Notes: generated from the letters alone by a model not told the origin. A stretch of 30,977 bases of DNA from an uncultured Atribacterota bacterium (GCA_965602765.1 CBFCZX010000001.1:1-30977); one strand, 5' to 3'; numbered from the stretch's first letter, positions 10,331-20,061 are shown. A program made the numbers and translations.

Positions 10331-11422
10331 TTATTCAATGATTCCTCCTCCCAATAAGGAATCGTTTTTATAAAAAACTGCAGCTTGTCCCGGTGTAATT
10401 GCTCTTTGAGGTTTTTTAAGTTCAACCAATATTTTCTTATCTTCAGCATCGCATAAGGCTGCAGGTGAATCGTAGCAGTTATACCTTATTTTTACATTAA
10501 CATTTATTGGGAATAGCCATTTCTTACCTGATACAATATTTAAATGGTTGACCCTGAATTTACTTCTATATAAATCACTATTCTCACCTAAAATAACTTC
10601 ATTATTTTGAGCATTAATCTTTATAACATATTTACGTTCATTAAAAGAAACGCCTAATTTCTTTCTTTGTCCAATAGTATAAAAGGGAATTCCCTGATGC
10701 TTACCTAATACATTTCCCATGGTGTCTTTAAAATAACCTGTTGTGATTTTCTTTAAAACATTTCTTTTAAGGAAATTTCTATAATTATTATCTGGTATAA
10801 AACAAATTTCCTGACTTTCTCGTTTATTATGATTTTTCAATCCATATTTATCCGCCAGTTTTCTGACATCTTCTTTCTTTAATTCTCCTAGTGGGAAAAG
10901 TACGTGAGATAAAATTTCTTGATTTAATTTATAAAGGAAATATGATTGATCCTTTTTTTCATCTTTTGCTTTTTTTAAAACGTGCAAATTTGTTTGCCTA
11001 TTGAATTCATTGATGGCATAATGGCCGGTAGCTATATAATCCATTCCAACTTTGAGGGCTTTTTTTAGAAAATATCCGAATTTTAATTTTAAATTACATA
11101 CTGCACAAGGATTTGGTGTTCTACCTGCCAAGTACTCATTCTTAAAATAATCGATTACTTCTTCATTAAACTCGCGTGAAAAATCCCAAACTGTCCATGG
11201 TATGTGCAATGCACTTGCAACCTGTTTAGCAGTTTTTATATTCTTTTCGTTGGCATTATAATCTTCAATCCCTTTAAAATTTACCGTTTTACCGTTGTAA
11301 AGATTCATAGTAATCCCACTTACGTCATATCCCTCTTCTTTTAATAAAACAGCTGCTAAAGAACTATCTACGCCCCCACTCATAGCAATCAATATTTTCT
11401 TTTTACTTTTTCTTTTTATCAT
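10331..11422 (-). CDS. mnmA: tRNA 2-thiouridylase MnmA, CxxC...C type
   Basis: SGGVDS PP-loop, TPNPCAVCN, ATGHY, KDQSYFL, ESQEICF, AITPGQ. Confidence 0.97.
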   Translation of the reverse strand: MIKRKSKKKILIAMSGGVDSSLAAVLLKEEGYDVSGITMNLYNGKTVNFKGIEDYNANEKNIKTAKQVASALHIPWTVWDFSREFNEEVIDYFKNEYLAGRTPNPCAVCNLKLKFGYFLKKALKVGMDYIATGHYAINEFNRQTNLHVLKKAKDEKKDQSYFLYKLNQEILSHVLFPLGELKKEDVRKLADKYGLKNHNKRESQEICFIPDNNYRNFLKRNVLKKITTGYFKDTMGNVLGKHQGIPFYTIGQRKKLGVSFNERKYVIKINAQNNEVILGENSDLYRSKFRVNHLNIVSGKKWLFPINVNVKIRYNCYDSPAALCDAEDKKILVELKKPQRAITPGQAAVFYKNDSLLGGGIIE

Positions 11423-11457
11423 TGAAACAGTCTCTCTAAATTGTATACATTCTATTA

Positions 11458-12444
11458 TTAAATCCTTAAACTATCTAAATCATTTTCTTCAAGTGGTTTT
11501 ACTACTTTAATGACAGGACTCTCATGAGGTAATTTGTAGTGACAATCAATTTTTAATTCATCAAAATCAGCTTTATCGCAATATCTTGAAGTAATTCTAC
11601 ATGCCTGAATGATTAATTCTTCATTTAAGTTATCATTTATTTTTAATAATGAAATAGGGCCTTTTACATTTCTCGCTTTCAACAAAACATCTCCATTATG
11701 AAAATATTGCTCAATCTGATTATTTTCGCTTTTATTTCTTCCCACAACAAGTTTAGTATTTTTATCCATTCTGAAATGTCTTCCAATTTTCAATAATTCT
11801 ATATCTCGAAGGGAATACTTGTCTTGTGTAAATAAATCCTTCAATCGATTAGAAAAACCTGGTTCGGTCAATTTGCACCCCCCTGCGGGTGAAGGATAAT
11901 TTACTATTCCCATCTGAGAAGCTAGCTCAATTTGTCTTTTTCGGGAACGGCCTGATATATTTAATAATTGACTCCTGTTAACAACGCCAGTTTTTTCCGG
12001 AATTGTTTCTTCTAGTAGCAAAGCAGATAATGGTCTGAGTATCAAGCCGGAATATCCTGATTCTTTTTCTATTAATCGCAAACTGGCTTTGTTTTGCGAC
12101 ATTGGCCTTTCACCTAACACTTCTCCGCTGATAATAAATGAAGCGTTAATTTTAGACATAAATTCTCCTGCTTTTTTAAACATAAATGTATGGCAATCGA
12201 TGCAAGGATTTATATTTTTACCATATCCGTGAGTCGGATTTTTAAGAATTTCCATGTATTCATCAGTGATATCTATAATATTCAGCTGAATACTATTATT
12301 CTGTATCAAAGATTGCTCCATTCCAAAAAAAGGAGTTCTAAAATTTATTCCAATAACTTCTATTCCTTGATTTTCGATCAATTTAATTGCTAATATGCTA
12401 TCTAATCCCCCAGAAAATAATGCAACTGCTTTTATCTTATTCAC
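11458..12444 (-). CDS. ThiI/MnmA-like PP-loop tRNA sulfurtransferase with a C-terminal DUF814-like domain
   Basis: SGGLDS, NPCIDCH, GEVLGERPMSQ, PAGGCKLTEP, LLKIGRHFR; GTG start overlaps the rrf2 stop. Confidence 0.75.
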   Translation of the reverse strand: MNKIKAVALFSGGLDSILAIKLIENQGIEVIGINFRTPFFGMEQSLIQNNSIQLNIIDITDEYMEILKNPTHGYGKNINPCIDCHTFMFKKAGEFMSKINASFIISGEVLGERPMSQNKASLRLIEKESGYSGLILRPLSALLLEETIPEKTGVVNRSQLLNISGRSRKRQIELASQMGIVNYPSPAGGCKLTEPGFSNRLKDLFTQDKYSLRDIELLKIGRHFRMDKNTKLVVGRNKSENNQIEQYFHNGDVLLKARNVKGPISLLKINDNLNEELIIQACRITSRYCDKADFDELKIDCHYKLPHESPVIKVVKPLEENDLDSLRI

Positions 12445-12904
12445 TATTTATCGTTACCCTTCCAACTTTGTTTGTTATTTTACATAGATCTGCTAGCGAA
12501 ATATTATTTAAGTATACATTTATTTTTTTAGAAATATCTTCCAAAAATATTTTTATTGCGCAATCTTCAACTAAATCACATTGATTTTTAATGCTTTTGT
12601 TTTTCTGATAGTTGCTATCGATACAGTTAACGAGTGCTATAGGTCCTTCAACTGCTCTTATAATTTCTCCTGTATTAATCTTCTCGGCTTTTCTAGATAA
12701 ATAGTAACCACCACATGCTCCTCTTGCACTTTTAACCAAGCCAGTTCTTTTTAATTTATTAAATAATTGCTCCAGGTATTGCAATGAAATTCCTTGCCTT
12801 AAAGAAATGTCCTTTAGGCAAATCGGATTTTTAATACTGCTTTGATTTTTAGCTAAATCGATCATGGCACGCAGGGAATATCTTCCCCGGGTAGATAATT
12901 TCAT
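12437..12904 (-). CDS. Rrf2-family regulator, IscR-like (three Cys)
   Basis: MKLSTRGRYSLRAMIDLA, YLEQLFNKL..GLV.S.RG..GGY, three C-terminal Cys. Confidence 0.92.
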   Translation of the reverse strand: MKLSTRGRYSLRAMIDLAKNQSSIKNPICLKDISLRQGISLQYLEQLFNKLKRTGLVKSARGACGGYYLSRKAEKINTGEIIRAVEGPIALVNCIDSNYQKNKSIKNQCDLVEDCAIKIFLEDISKKINVYLNNISLADLCKITNKVGRVTINSE

Positions 12905-13107
12905 TGGCTTTCTCCATTCTGTAATCTCAATAGATTGTATCTCTTTTCTTTCTCAATAAATCAAATCATATATCATCATTTTCTAAAATGCTATCAATAC
13001 AATTAATTCTTTGCTTATACGATAAATACATACATTAATTCTTTCAGACTCTTATTGTACAAAAAATAATTCAAACATTGTTTCATTAATTAAGAAAATT
13101 ATTTAAA

Positions 13108-13140
13108 ATTATAGTATTTATGACTATTTTTGTCAACATT
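13108..13140 (-). promoter_or_regulatory. Perfect-consensus promoter overlapped by an IscR type-1-like box
   Basis: TTGACA (13136-13131), 17 nt, TATAAT (13113-13108); 13116-13140 on minus reads AATGTTGACAAAAATAGTCATAAAT, 19/25 matches by hand to the recalled ATASYYGACTRwwwYAGTCRRSTAT. Confidence 0.75.
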
Positions 13141-13456
13141 CTTCATGCAAAATGTTTATATCCTTATTTTTAAAAAAAGCAATGACAATAATGTTATTTA
13201 GAAAAAACAATAAGTAAATATAGAGACATCATTATCTAGGATTACTACAATATTCGAAAATATATTTTTTTACAATCGAATTGGAAAAAAATATATTCCT
13301 TCAATATCTCATTCTGCTGAAAATATTTCTTATTTTTTTCAACAACGGTCTTCATAAAGAATCAGGGTGAATAATAGTAGAAAACAGACAGGTAAATATT
13401 TTGCTTTATTAATTTTATATGCTTAATATGATATACAAACTTTAAAAAAGTTTACA

Positions 13457-13503
13457 TAAAAAGTAAAGGGGAAATTGCAATGCAGTTTCCCCTTTACTTT
13501 TTA
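13457..13503 (-). terminator. Intrinsic (bidirectional) terminator after ferredoxin
   Basis: Perfect 18-bp arms TAAAAAGTAAAGGGGAAA / TTTCCCCTTTACTTTTTA. Confidence 0.85.
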
Positions 13504-13521
13504 TATTTTTCCATTAGTTAT

Positions 13522-13707
13522 TTACTCACAGGTTATTGCTTCAACCGGGCAATCTTCCGCTGCCTGTTTGCATGATTCTGATAAATTTTCAGGTACATTG
13601 GTAACTTTTGTTGTGGCCATGCCATCTTTTAATTCAAATACTTCGGGACAAGTATCTTCGCAAAGTCCACATCCCGTACATAAATCCTTATCTACCTTGG
13701 CTTTCAT
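13522..13707 (-). CDS. Monocluster [4Fe-4S]/[3Fe-4S] ferredoxin
   Basis: CTGCGLCEDTCP and distal DCP; GGAGGG SD. Confidence 0.93.
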   Translation of the reverse strand: MKAKVDKDLCTGCGLCEDTCPEVFELKDGMATTKVTNVPENLSESCKQAAEDCPVEAITCE

Positions 13708-14106
13708 TTTATCCCTCCTTCTTTTGTCTAGTATTTATCCAAAAAAACATAAAGTTTCTTTAAAATAAAATAACTAAAATGTTTTAAGAAGAAAAACTCC
13801 AACAATACTAGAGTAACTTAAAAATGAATTGATTTCAAGTATTTCATTATAAGCATACATCGGTGATTGAAACTTTGCATAATTTTAAAAAAATATTTCT
13901 ATTATCTTACAATGCATTTTCTATAAAATCAATAAAATGATAAATTGAATTAAATTCTAATAATTTTCTTGATAAAAAAAGGTATTTCCTAAAATATCCA
14001 TTAAATAAATATTGCGAGTAAATATTTAATTTTTTTATGGACAATAATATGCGGTTTATTGATACCTCTTTTTCTTGCTCAGATATATTTAAATGGTTGT
14101 GTTATG

Positions 14107-15108
14107 TTATTTCAGTATTTCAATGATGGCTCGAGTATATTTGATCGTGTCTGCTTTACCACCCAGATCAGGTGTTATTATTTTACCTTCCTTTAATACG
14201 CGCATCATCGCTTTTTCTATTCTATCCGCTGCATTTTTCTCTCCCAAATGTCTTAACATCATAACTCCGGAAAGGATAGTTGCGGTAGGATTCGCCGAAT
14301 GCGCTTTCAATCCTTTTGGTGCCGTACCATGAACCGGCTCAAATACTACCGTTTCATCTCCGACATTCATTCCGGGCACTACACCTAGCCCGCCTACCAG
14401 GCCGGCAGATAAATCGGATAGGATATCGCCATACAGGTTAGGCATAACCAATATTTCATAATCTTGGGGCATTTGAACCAGTTTCATGCTCATTGCATCG
14501 ACAATCATCTCTTCAAAAATAATCTCTGGATATTTTTGCGCGACTTCTTTCGCACACGCTAAAAAAAGACCATCGGTACATTTCATAATATTTGCTTTAT
14601 GCACCACTGTTACTTTTTTTCTTCTTTCATTCCTTGCTAAGTCAAATGCAAATTTTGAAATCCTTTTACTAGCTTTTCTGGTAATCACCTTGATGCTCTC
14701 CGCAGCATCCTCTCCAACCATATGCTCTATTCCGGAATATAGACCTTCAGTATTTTCCCTTACAATCACTAAATCAATATCAGAATATTTTGATGGTATA
14801 CCCGGATAATTTTTTATTGGTCTTACATTAGCATAAAGATCTAAAGATTTTCTTAGTGTAACATTTATACTCCTAAAACCTCCTCCTATGGGTGTTGTTA
14901 CCGGTCCTTTCAGAGCAACTTTATTCTTCCTGATATTATCTAATAAATGCTTTGGAAGCGGTGTGCCATATTTTTTAATTACTTTTTCGCCCGCCTCTAC
15001 TATCTCCCAGTTAATATTTACACCACTTGCTTCTAGAACCATTCTTGCTGCACTGGTAACTTCCGGACCTATTCCATCTCCCGGTATTAAGGTAATGGTA
15101 TACTTCAA
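14107..15108 (-). CDS. icd: Isocitrate dehydrogenase (short IDH/IPMDH-family type)
   Basis: LIPGDGIGPEV, SINVTLRKSLDLYANVRP, RENTEGLY, HKANIMK, PNLYGDILSD; TTG start; operonic with aconitase and citrate synthase. Confidence 0.8.
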   Translation of the reverse strand: MKYTITLIPGDGIGPEVTSAARMVLEASGVNINWEIVEAGEKVIKKYGTPLPKHLLDNIRKNKVALKGPVTTPIGGGFRSINVTLRKSLDLYANVRPIKNYPGIPSKYSDIDLVIVRENTEGLYSGIEHMVGEDAAESIKVITRKASKRISKFAFDLARNERRKKVTVVHKANIMKCTDGLFLACAKEVAQKYPEIIFEEMIVDAMSMKLVQMPQDYEILVMPNLYGDILSDLSAGLVGGLGVVPGMNVGDETVVFEPVHGTAPKGLKAHSANPTATILSGVMMLRHLGEKNAADRIEKAMMRVLKEGKIITPDLGGKADTIKYTRAIIEILK

Positions 15109-15138
15109 TTCAATTTTCCTCCCTTTATAATCGAGTAC

Positions 15139-17076
15139 CTATTCTTTTTTTTGAGATTTTATCAAGTTTAAAAAACCGCCAGCAATTGTCATTTCTTTTT
15201 GTCTTTGACTAAGATTCAAATACATTTTGCACTCTCTTTTTTTACTCTTATTTATTATGCAGATAATTCCACTTTTTTTTATCTGCTGCACTATATTTTC
15301 AATCAACAATTCATCCATCTCATCTATATGATCATATTCTGATGGATCTTCAAAGACCAAAGGCAATATTCCGTTGTTAATTAAATTAGTTTTATGTATC
15401 CTTGCAAATGATTTCGCCAAAACTGCTTTTACTCCAAGATAAAGAGGAACAAGTGCAGCATGTTCCCTGCTTGAACCCTGACCATAGTTTAAGCCTCCCA
15501 AAATAAAACCTCCTTTAAATTTTCTGGCTTTTTTTGGGAATTCTTTATCACATATTGTCAGGCAATAATCTGAAAGATAGGGAATATTTGACCTGTAAGG
15601 CAACAGTTTGGCAGAGGAAGGCATGATATGATCAGTGCTTATATTGTTTCCTACCTTAATTAAAACTTTTCCCTGTAAATGTAAGCCCATTGGTTTATTT
15701 ACTGGAAATGGTTTAATATTAGGACCTCTTATTATTTCGACTTTTTCATCATTATTTACCGGCGGAACTACCAGGTTATCATTAACCGTAAAACTTCCGG
15801 TTATTTTATCTTCTGGATAATTTTTTAATCCCAATTCTCTTGGATCTGTAATAAAACCGGTAAGAGCGGATGCAGCAGCTATTTCCGGACTGGCTAAATA
15901 AATGTCTGCTGAAATTGTCCCGGATCTTCCTTTGAAATTACGGTTAAAAGTTCTTAATGATATACCATTGGTAGACGGAGATTGCCCCATCCCAATACAA
16001 GGACCACAAGCACACTCAAGAATTCTAGCCCCAGACATAATCAAAGATGCCAAAGCACCATTTTGTGCAAGTAATGTTAAAACCTGCCTTGAACCCGGTG
16101 CTATTGCCAGAGAAACATGCTCTGCTATTGTTTTTCCTTTGAGAATTCCTGCGACTCTCATCAAATCACTATATGAAGAATTAGTACAACTGCCAATTAT
16201 AACCTGATTTACTTTAGTATTTTTTAAAGAGGATACACTAACCACATTATCCGGACTGTGTGGGCAAGCAACCAAGGGTTCAAGCTGAGAAAGGTTAATG
16301 GTCATTTCTTCATGATAATCAGCTCCTTGGTCCGCTTTTATTTTTCGATAATCCTGCCCCCTATTTTGATTTTTGAGAAAATTCAGGGTTACTTCATCAC
16401 TTGGAAATATTGAAGTAGTTGCACCTAATTCGGCTCCCATATTAGTAATGGTAGCTCTTTGAAATACAGATAGGTTCTTAACACCTTCACCGGTATATTC
16501 TAATATTTTACCTACTCCACCTTTTACGGTTAATCTCTTCAAAATCTCAAGTATAATATCTTTGGCCGATATCCAGGGATTCAATTCACCCTTCAAATCC
16601 ACTTTTATTATTTGTGGCATAATGAAATGATATTTTCCTTGAGCCATGGCTATGGCAACATCCAATCCTCCTGCCCCAATCGCCAACATTCCCAGACCTC
16701 CGGCTGTTGGCGTATGACTGTCGGAACCTAAAAGTGTTTTTCCGGGTATGCTAAATCTTTCTAAATGAACTTGATGGCATATACCATTCCCTGGTTTAGA
16801 ATAATATATGCCATATTTCTTGGCAATGGTCTGAATAAAGAGATGGTCATCAGCATTTTCAGGGCCTGATTGAATCATATTATGGTCAACATAAGCCAAT
16901 GATCTTTCTGTTTTTAATTTTTTTACGCCTAGTGCTTCAAGTTGAAGATAAACCATAGTGCCAGTTGAATCCTGTGTTAATGTTTGGTCAATTTTGATTG
17001 TTATTTCTTCCCCGGGAAACATCTTGCCTTCTAATAAATGGTTTTTTATTAATTTTTGGGCAACTGTCAATGGCAA
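15139..17076 (-). CDS. Aconitate hydratase (single-chain, ~645-aa type)
   Basis: GICHQVH, GSDSHT, IGSCTNSS, CGPCIGMG, STDHI, NYGQGSSREHA; TTG start with AGGAGG SD. Confidence 0.92.
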   Translation of the reverse strand: MPLTVAQKLIKNHLLEGKMFPGEEITIKIDQTLTQDSTGTMVYLQLEALGVKKLKTERSLAYVDHNMIQSGPENADDHLFIQTIAKKYGIYYSKPGNGICHQVHLERFSIPGKTLLGSDSHTPTAGGLGMLAIGAGGLDVAIAMAQGKYHFIMPQIIKVDLKGELNPWISAKDIILEILKRLTVKGGVGKILEYTGEGVKNLSVFQRATITNMGAELGATTSIFPSDEVTLNFLKNQNRGQDYRKIKADQGADYHEEMTINLSQLEPLVACPHSPDNVVSVSSLKNTKVNQVIIGSCTNSSYSDLMRVAGILKGKTIAEHVSLAIAPGSRQVLTLLAQNGALASLIMSGARILECACGPCIGMGQSPSTNGISLRTFNRNFKGRSGTISADIYLASPEIAAASALTGFITDPRELGLKNYPEDKITGSFTVNDNLVVPPVNNDEKVEIIRGPNIKPFPVNKPMGLHLQGKVLIKVGNNISTDHIMPSSAKLLPYRSNIPYLSDYCLTICDKEFPKKARKFKGGFILGGLNYGQGSSREHAALVPLYLGVKAVLAKSFARIHKTNLINNGILPLVFEDPSEYDHIDEMDELLIENIVQQIKKSGIICIINKSKKRECKMYLNLSQRQKEMTIAGGFLNLIKSQKKE

Positions 17077-17136
17077 TTTTCATTCCTCCTGTTTAGTTTT
17101 TTAGTGATGATTGAAAATATTTTAACATAGTTCTAA

Positions 17137-18531
17137 TTATTTGGTTGGTAAAATAGGAAATATTTCAGGAAAATATTTTCGAGCTAATAATTCTAGTTCT
17201 TCATCACTTATTACAGTTGCTCTTTTATTTTCATACTCTTCTTCAACCCATTTTTTTATTTCTAGTATTCTAACATCCTTTTTATTAATCTTTTTTTCAT
17301 CTTTTAAATTGAAAAAAGTATTTATCCAAGCAGCAATTCCAGCAATTCCGGAATGAGCACCTACGGCAATTACCACAGGTTTTTTTAAGATTTTATGTGT
17401 ATCAAATATATTATAGATTTCTTCATTTTTTAATATACCATCTGCGTGAATTCCTGCCCTCGTTGCATTAAATGCTTTTCCTACAAAAGGTGTTCTTGGA
17501 GGTATTTCGTAATGAATGACATTTTCAAAGTAATCGGCTATTTCAGTTATTATTTCAAGCTTCATATTTTTAATAGTGCCCCGCAGCTGTGCATATTCAA
17601 TTATCATTGCTTCTAAGGGACAATTTCCCGTTCTTTCACCTATACCTAAAAGAGAGGTATTCACTGCAGCAGCCCCATAAAACCAAGCTGTCGATGAATT
17701 GGATACTGCTTTATAAAAATCATTATGTCCATGCCATTCAATCCACTCCGATGGCACACCGGAATAATGTCGAAGCCCGTAAATAATCCCTTGAACACAT
17801 CTTGGCAATGCTGCACCCGGATAGGATACTCCCAATCCTAAAGTGTCACAAGCCCTAATTTTAATCGGAATTTTTGCTTTATTCGATAAATCCATTAATT
17901 TATTTGCAAAGGGGACTACAAAGCCATAAAAATCAGCTCGAGTAATATCTTCAAAATGGCATCTAGGAATAATTCCCTGCTCTAGAGCTGCTTCCACAAT
18001 AGAAATATACATATCCATCGCTTGCTTTCGTGAAAGATGAAGTTTTTTGAATATATGGTAATCAGAACAAGATACCAATATACCTGTTTCCTTTATTCCT
18101 ATTTGTTTAACCAGCTTAAAATCATCTTTTTTTGCCCTTATCCAGGTAGTCACTTCCGGATATTTATAATTTCTATTTAAGCATTTTTCTATTGCATCTC
18201 GATCTTTTTCAGAATAGATGAAAAATTCTGTCTGTCTTATTATGCCTGATTTATTATCTAATCGATGCAGGAAATCATAAATCGATAATATCTGTTCTGC
18301 CGTATATGGTGATCTGGATTGCTGCCCGTCTCTAAAAGTTGTATCAGTCACCCAGATTTCACTTGGGACAAATGAGGGCACATGTCTATGATTAAAAGTG
18401 ACTCGAGGTATTTCATCAAATGGAAATACTTCCCTAAACAGATTTGGTTTTGTTACATTTTGCAAGTTGTATTTATATATTGACTGTTCTAATAAATTAG
18501 AACGTTTACTAAATATTACATTTTTAGTCAT
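17137..18531 (-). CDS. Re-citrate synthase (IPMS/HCS DRE-TIM family)
   Basis: DTTFRDGQQ, HGHND, GERTGNCPLE; N-terminal extension like clostridial Re-CS; adjacent to acn and icd. Confidence 0.8.
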   Translation of the reverse strand: MTKNVIFSKRSNLLEQSIYKYNLQNVTKPNLFREVFPFDEIPRVTFNHRHVPSFVPSEIWVTDTTFRDGQQSRSPYTAEQILSIYDFLHRLDNKSGIIRQTEFFIYSEKDRDAIEKCLNRNYKYPEVTTWIRAKKDDFKLVKQIGIKETGILVSCSDYHIFKKLHLSRKQAMDMYISIVEAALEQGIIPRCHFEDITRADFYGFVVPFANKLMDLSNKAKIPIKIRACDTLGLGVSYPGAALPRCVQGIIYGLRHYSGVPSEWIEWHGHNDFYKAVSNSSTAWFYGAAAVNTSLLGIGERTGNCPLEAMIIEYAQLRGTIKNMKLEIITEIADYFENVIHYEIPPRTPFVGKAFNATRAGIHADGILKNEEIYNIFDTHKILKKPVVIAVGAHSGIAGIAAWINTFFNLKDEKKINKKDVRILEIKKWVEEEYENKRATVISDEELELLARKYFPEIFPILPTK

Positions 18532-18574
18532 AATTTTACCCTACCTTTAATATAATTAAAATAATCCTGATGGC

Positions 18575-19873
18575 TTAAGGCCAAATCCCTCTAATTTCCA
18601 TACTTTTTGCAACTTTTGAAATTGCATACATGTATGCTGCAGTACGGTTGTTCACTTTTTTATCCAGACTGATTTTTAAAACCTCGTTAAATGCTGTTAC
18701 CATTAATTCTTTTAGTCTTGAATTTACTTTTTCTTTGCTCCAGAAATAGCCGTAAAGCCCTTGAACCCATTCGAAATAAGATACCGTTACTCCTCCGGAA
18801 TTAGCTAAAATGTCAGGAATTATAAAAATGTTATTTTTAAAGAGAATATCATCTGCTTCCGGAGTAACCGGTCCATTGGCAGCTTCTGCGATTACTTTCG
18901 CTCTAATGCTACCAGCATTTTCCCTGGTTATTACTCCTTCCAAAGCAGCTGGAACAAGTATGTCACATTTCATTTTTAACAAATCATCATTTGAGATGGA
19001 CCTGGCTTTTGAATAATCACTTACGGTACCTGTCCTCATTTTATGTTCAAGTATTTCTACGGGATCAATTCCTTCCAAATTATAAACTCCTCCTTTTGAA
19101 TCACTAACACCAATGATCGTATACCCCTGTTCATGCAACAATCGGGCGGCTATAGAACCGGCATTGCCATAACCTTGAACAACTGCCGTAGCTTTTGATG
19201 GATTTAATTTCAAATATTTCGCAGCTTCTTTTACTATCATCGATAAACCGCGGGCAGTTGCTTCTTCTCTACCCTGTGATCCCCATAAATCAAGCGGTTT
19301 TCCGGTAATTGTGGCATAAGCAGATGAATGACAGATTTTATTATAAGTGTCAGTATACCAGCCCATAATTTTAGGATTTGTATATACGTCAGGGGCAGGG
19401 ATATCTTGTCTCGGGCCGATAATCGCTGATATCTCAAAAATATATCTTCTGGAAAGTCTTTCCAGTTCACCTTCAGACATTACTTTTGGATTACATTTAA
19501 TGCCTCCTTTTCCCCCTCCGAATGGAATTCCAACTATCGCACACTTCCAGGTCATCCAGGCAGACAGGGCTTTCACTTCGTCCAAGCTGACTTCGGGATG
19601 ATATCTCACTCCACCCTTTGCAGGGCCCCTGGCAGTATTAAATTGTGATCTGTAACCTTGAAATACTTTTACTTCTCCGTTATCCATTCTCACAGGAACC
19701 GAAACCATTAATACTCTTTCAGGTTCTTTAAGCTGGTTTAAAATATCAGGATTCAAATTCATTCTTTTTGCAGCAATTTCCAGTTGAATTTTTGCTATTT
19801 CAAAAACATTTGAAGATTTTTTCCTCTCCAATTTGACTAAACTCGCATTTCTTTCACTTATTTGATAAACCAT
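18575..19873 (-). CDS. gdhA: Glu/Leu/Phe/Val dehydrogenase, probably glutamate dehydrogenase
   Basis: GPAKGGVRYHP, GGGKGG, DIPAPDVYT, QGYGNAG, EAANGP, NSGGVTVSYFEW; start at ATG 19873 after an AAAGGA SD. Confidence 0.92.
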   Translation of the reverse strand: MVYQISERNASLVKLERKKSSNVFEIAKIQLEIAAKRMNLNPDILNQLKEPERVLMVSVPVRMDNGEVKVFQGYRSQFNTARGPAKGGVRYHPEVSLDEVKALSAWMTWKCAIVGIPFGGGKGGIKCNPKVMSEGELERLSRRYIFEISAIIGPRQDIPAPDVYTNPKIMGWYTDTYNKICHSSAYATITGKPLDLWGSQGREEATARGLSMIVKEAAKYLKLNPSKATAVVQGYGNAGSIAARLLHEQGYTIIGVSDSKGGVYNLEGIDPVEILEHKMRTGTVSDYSKARSISNDDLLKMKCDILVPAALEGVITRENAGSIRAKVIAEAANGPVTPEADDILFKNNIFIIPDILANSGGVTVSYFEWVQGLYGYFWSKEKVNSRLKELMVTAFNEVLKISLDKKVNNRTAAYMYAISKVAKSMEIRGIWP

Positions 19874-19980
19874 TTTATTTTTTCCTTTCAATATTTAATT
19901 CTAAATTTTTTCATAAATTAAAATAGAACTTAAAGTTTTTCCGGTAGTATAAACACCTCCACATAACGGCTCAGTTTTTT

Positions 19981-20033
19981 AAAATAAAAAGCCTTTTTTA
20001 AGACTGCCTTAGTCTTAAAAGGCTCCCTTGCCT
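19981..20033 (-). promoter_or_regulatory. ANTAR-type attenuator: hexaloop hairpin overlapping an intrinsic terminator
   Basis: AGGC-AAGGGA-GCCT (20033-20020), then AAGACT-AAGGC-AGTCTT; alternative terminator AGCCTTTTAAGACT/AGTCTTAAAAAAGGCT followed by TTTTATTTT. Confidence 0.7.
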
Positions 20034-20061
20034 AATTTTAATTTTTAACTGCAGTGTTGTT

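Noticed and set aside
10237-10449. 70-aa minus-strand ORF overlapping the mnmA 3' end
   Set aside because: Alternative frame of mnmA, no SD or recognisable domain
13401-13432. Plus-strand promoter-like hexamers pointing at the ferredoxin terminator (antisense RNA)
   Set aside because: Spacing is non-optimal and such matches are expected by chance at this AT content
19237-19470. 77-aa minus-strand ORF inside gdhA
   Set aside because: Out-of-frame overlap within a conserved gene
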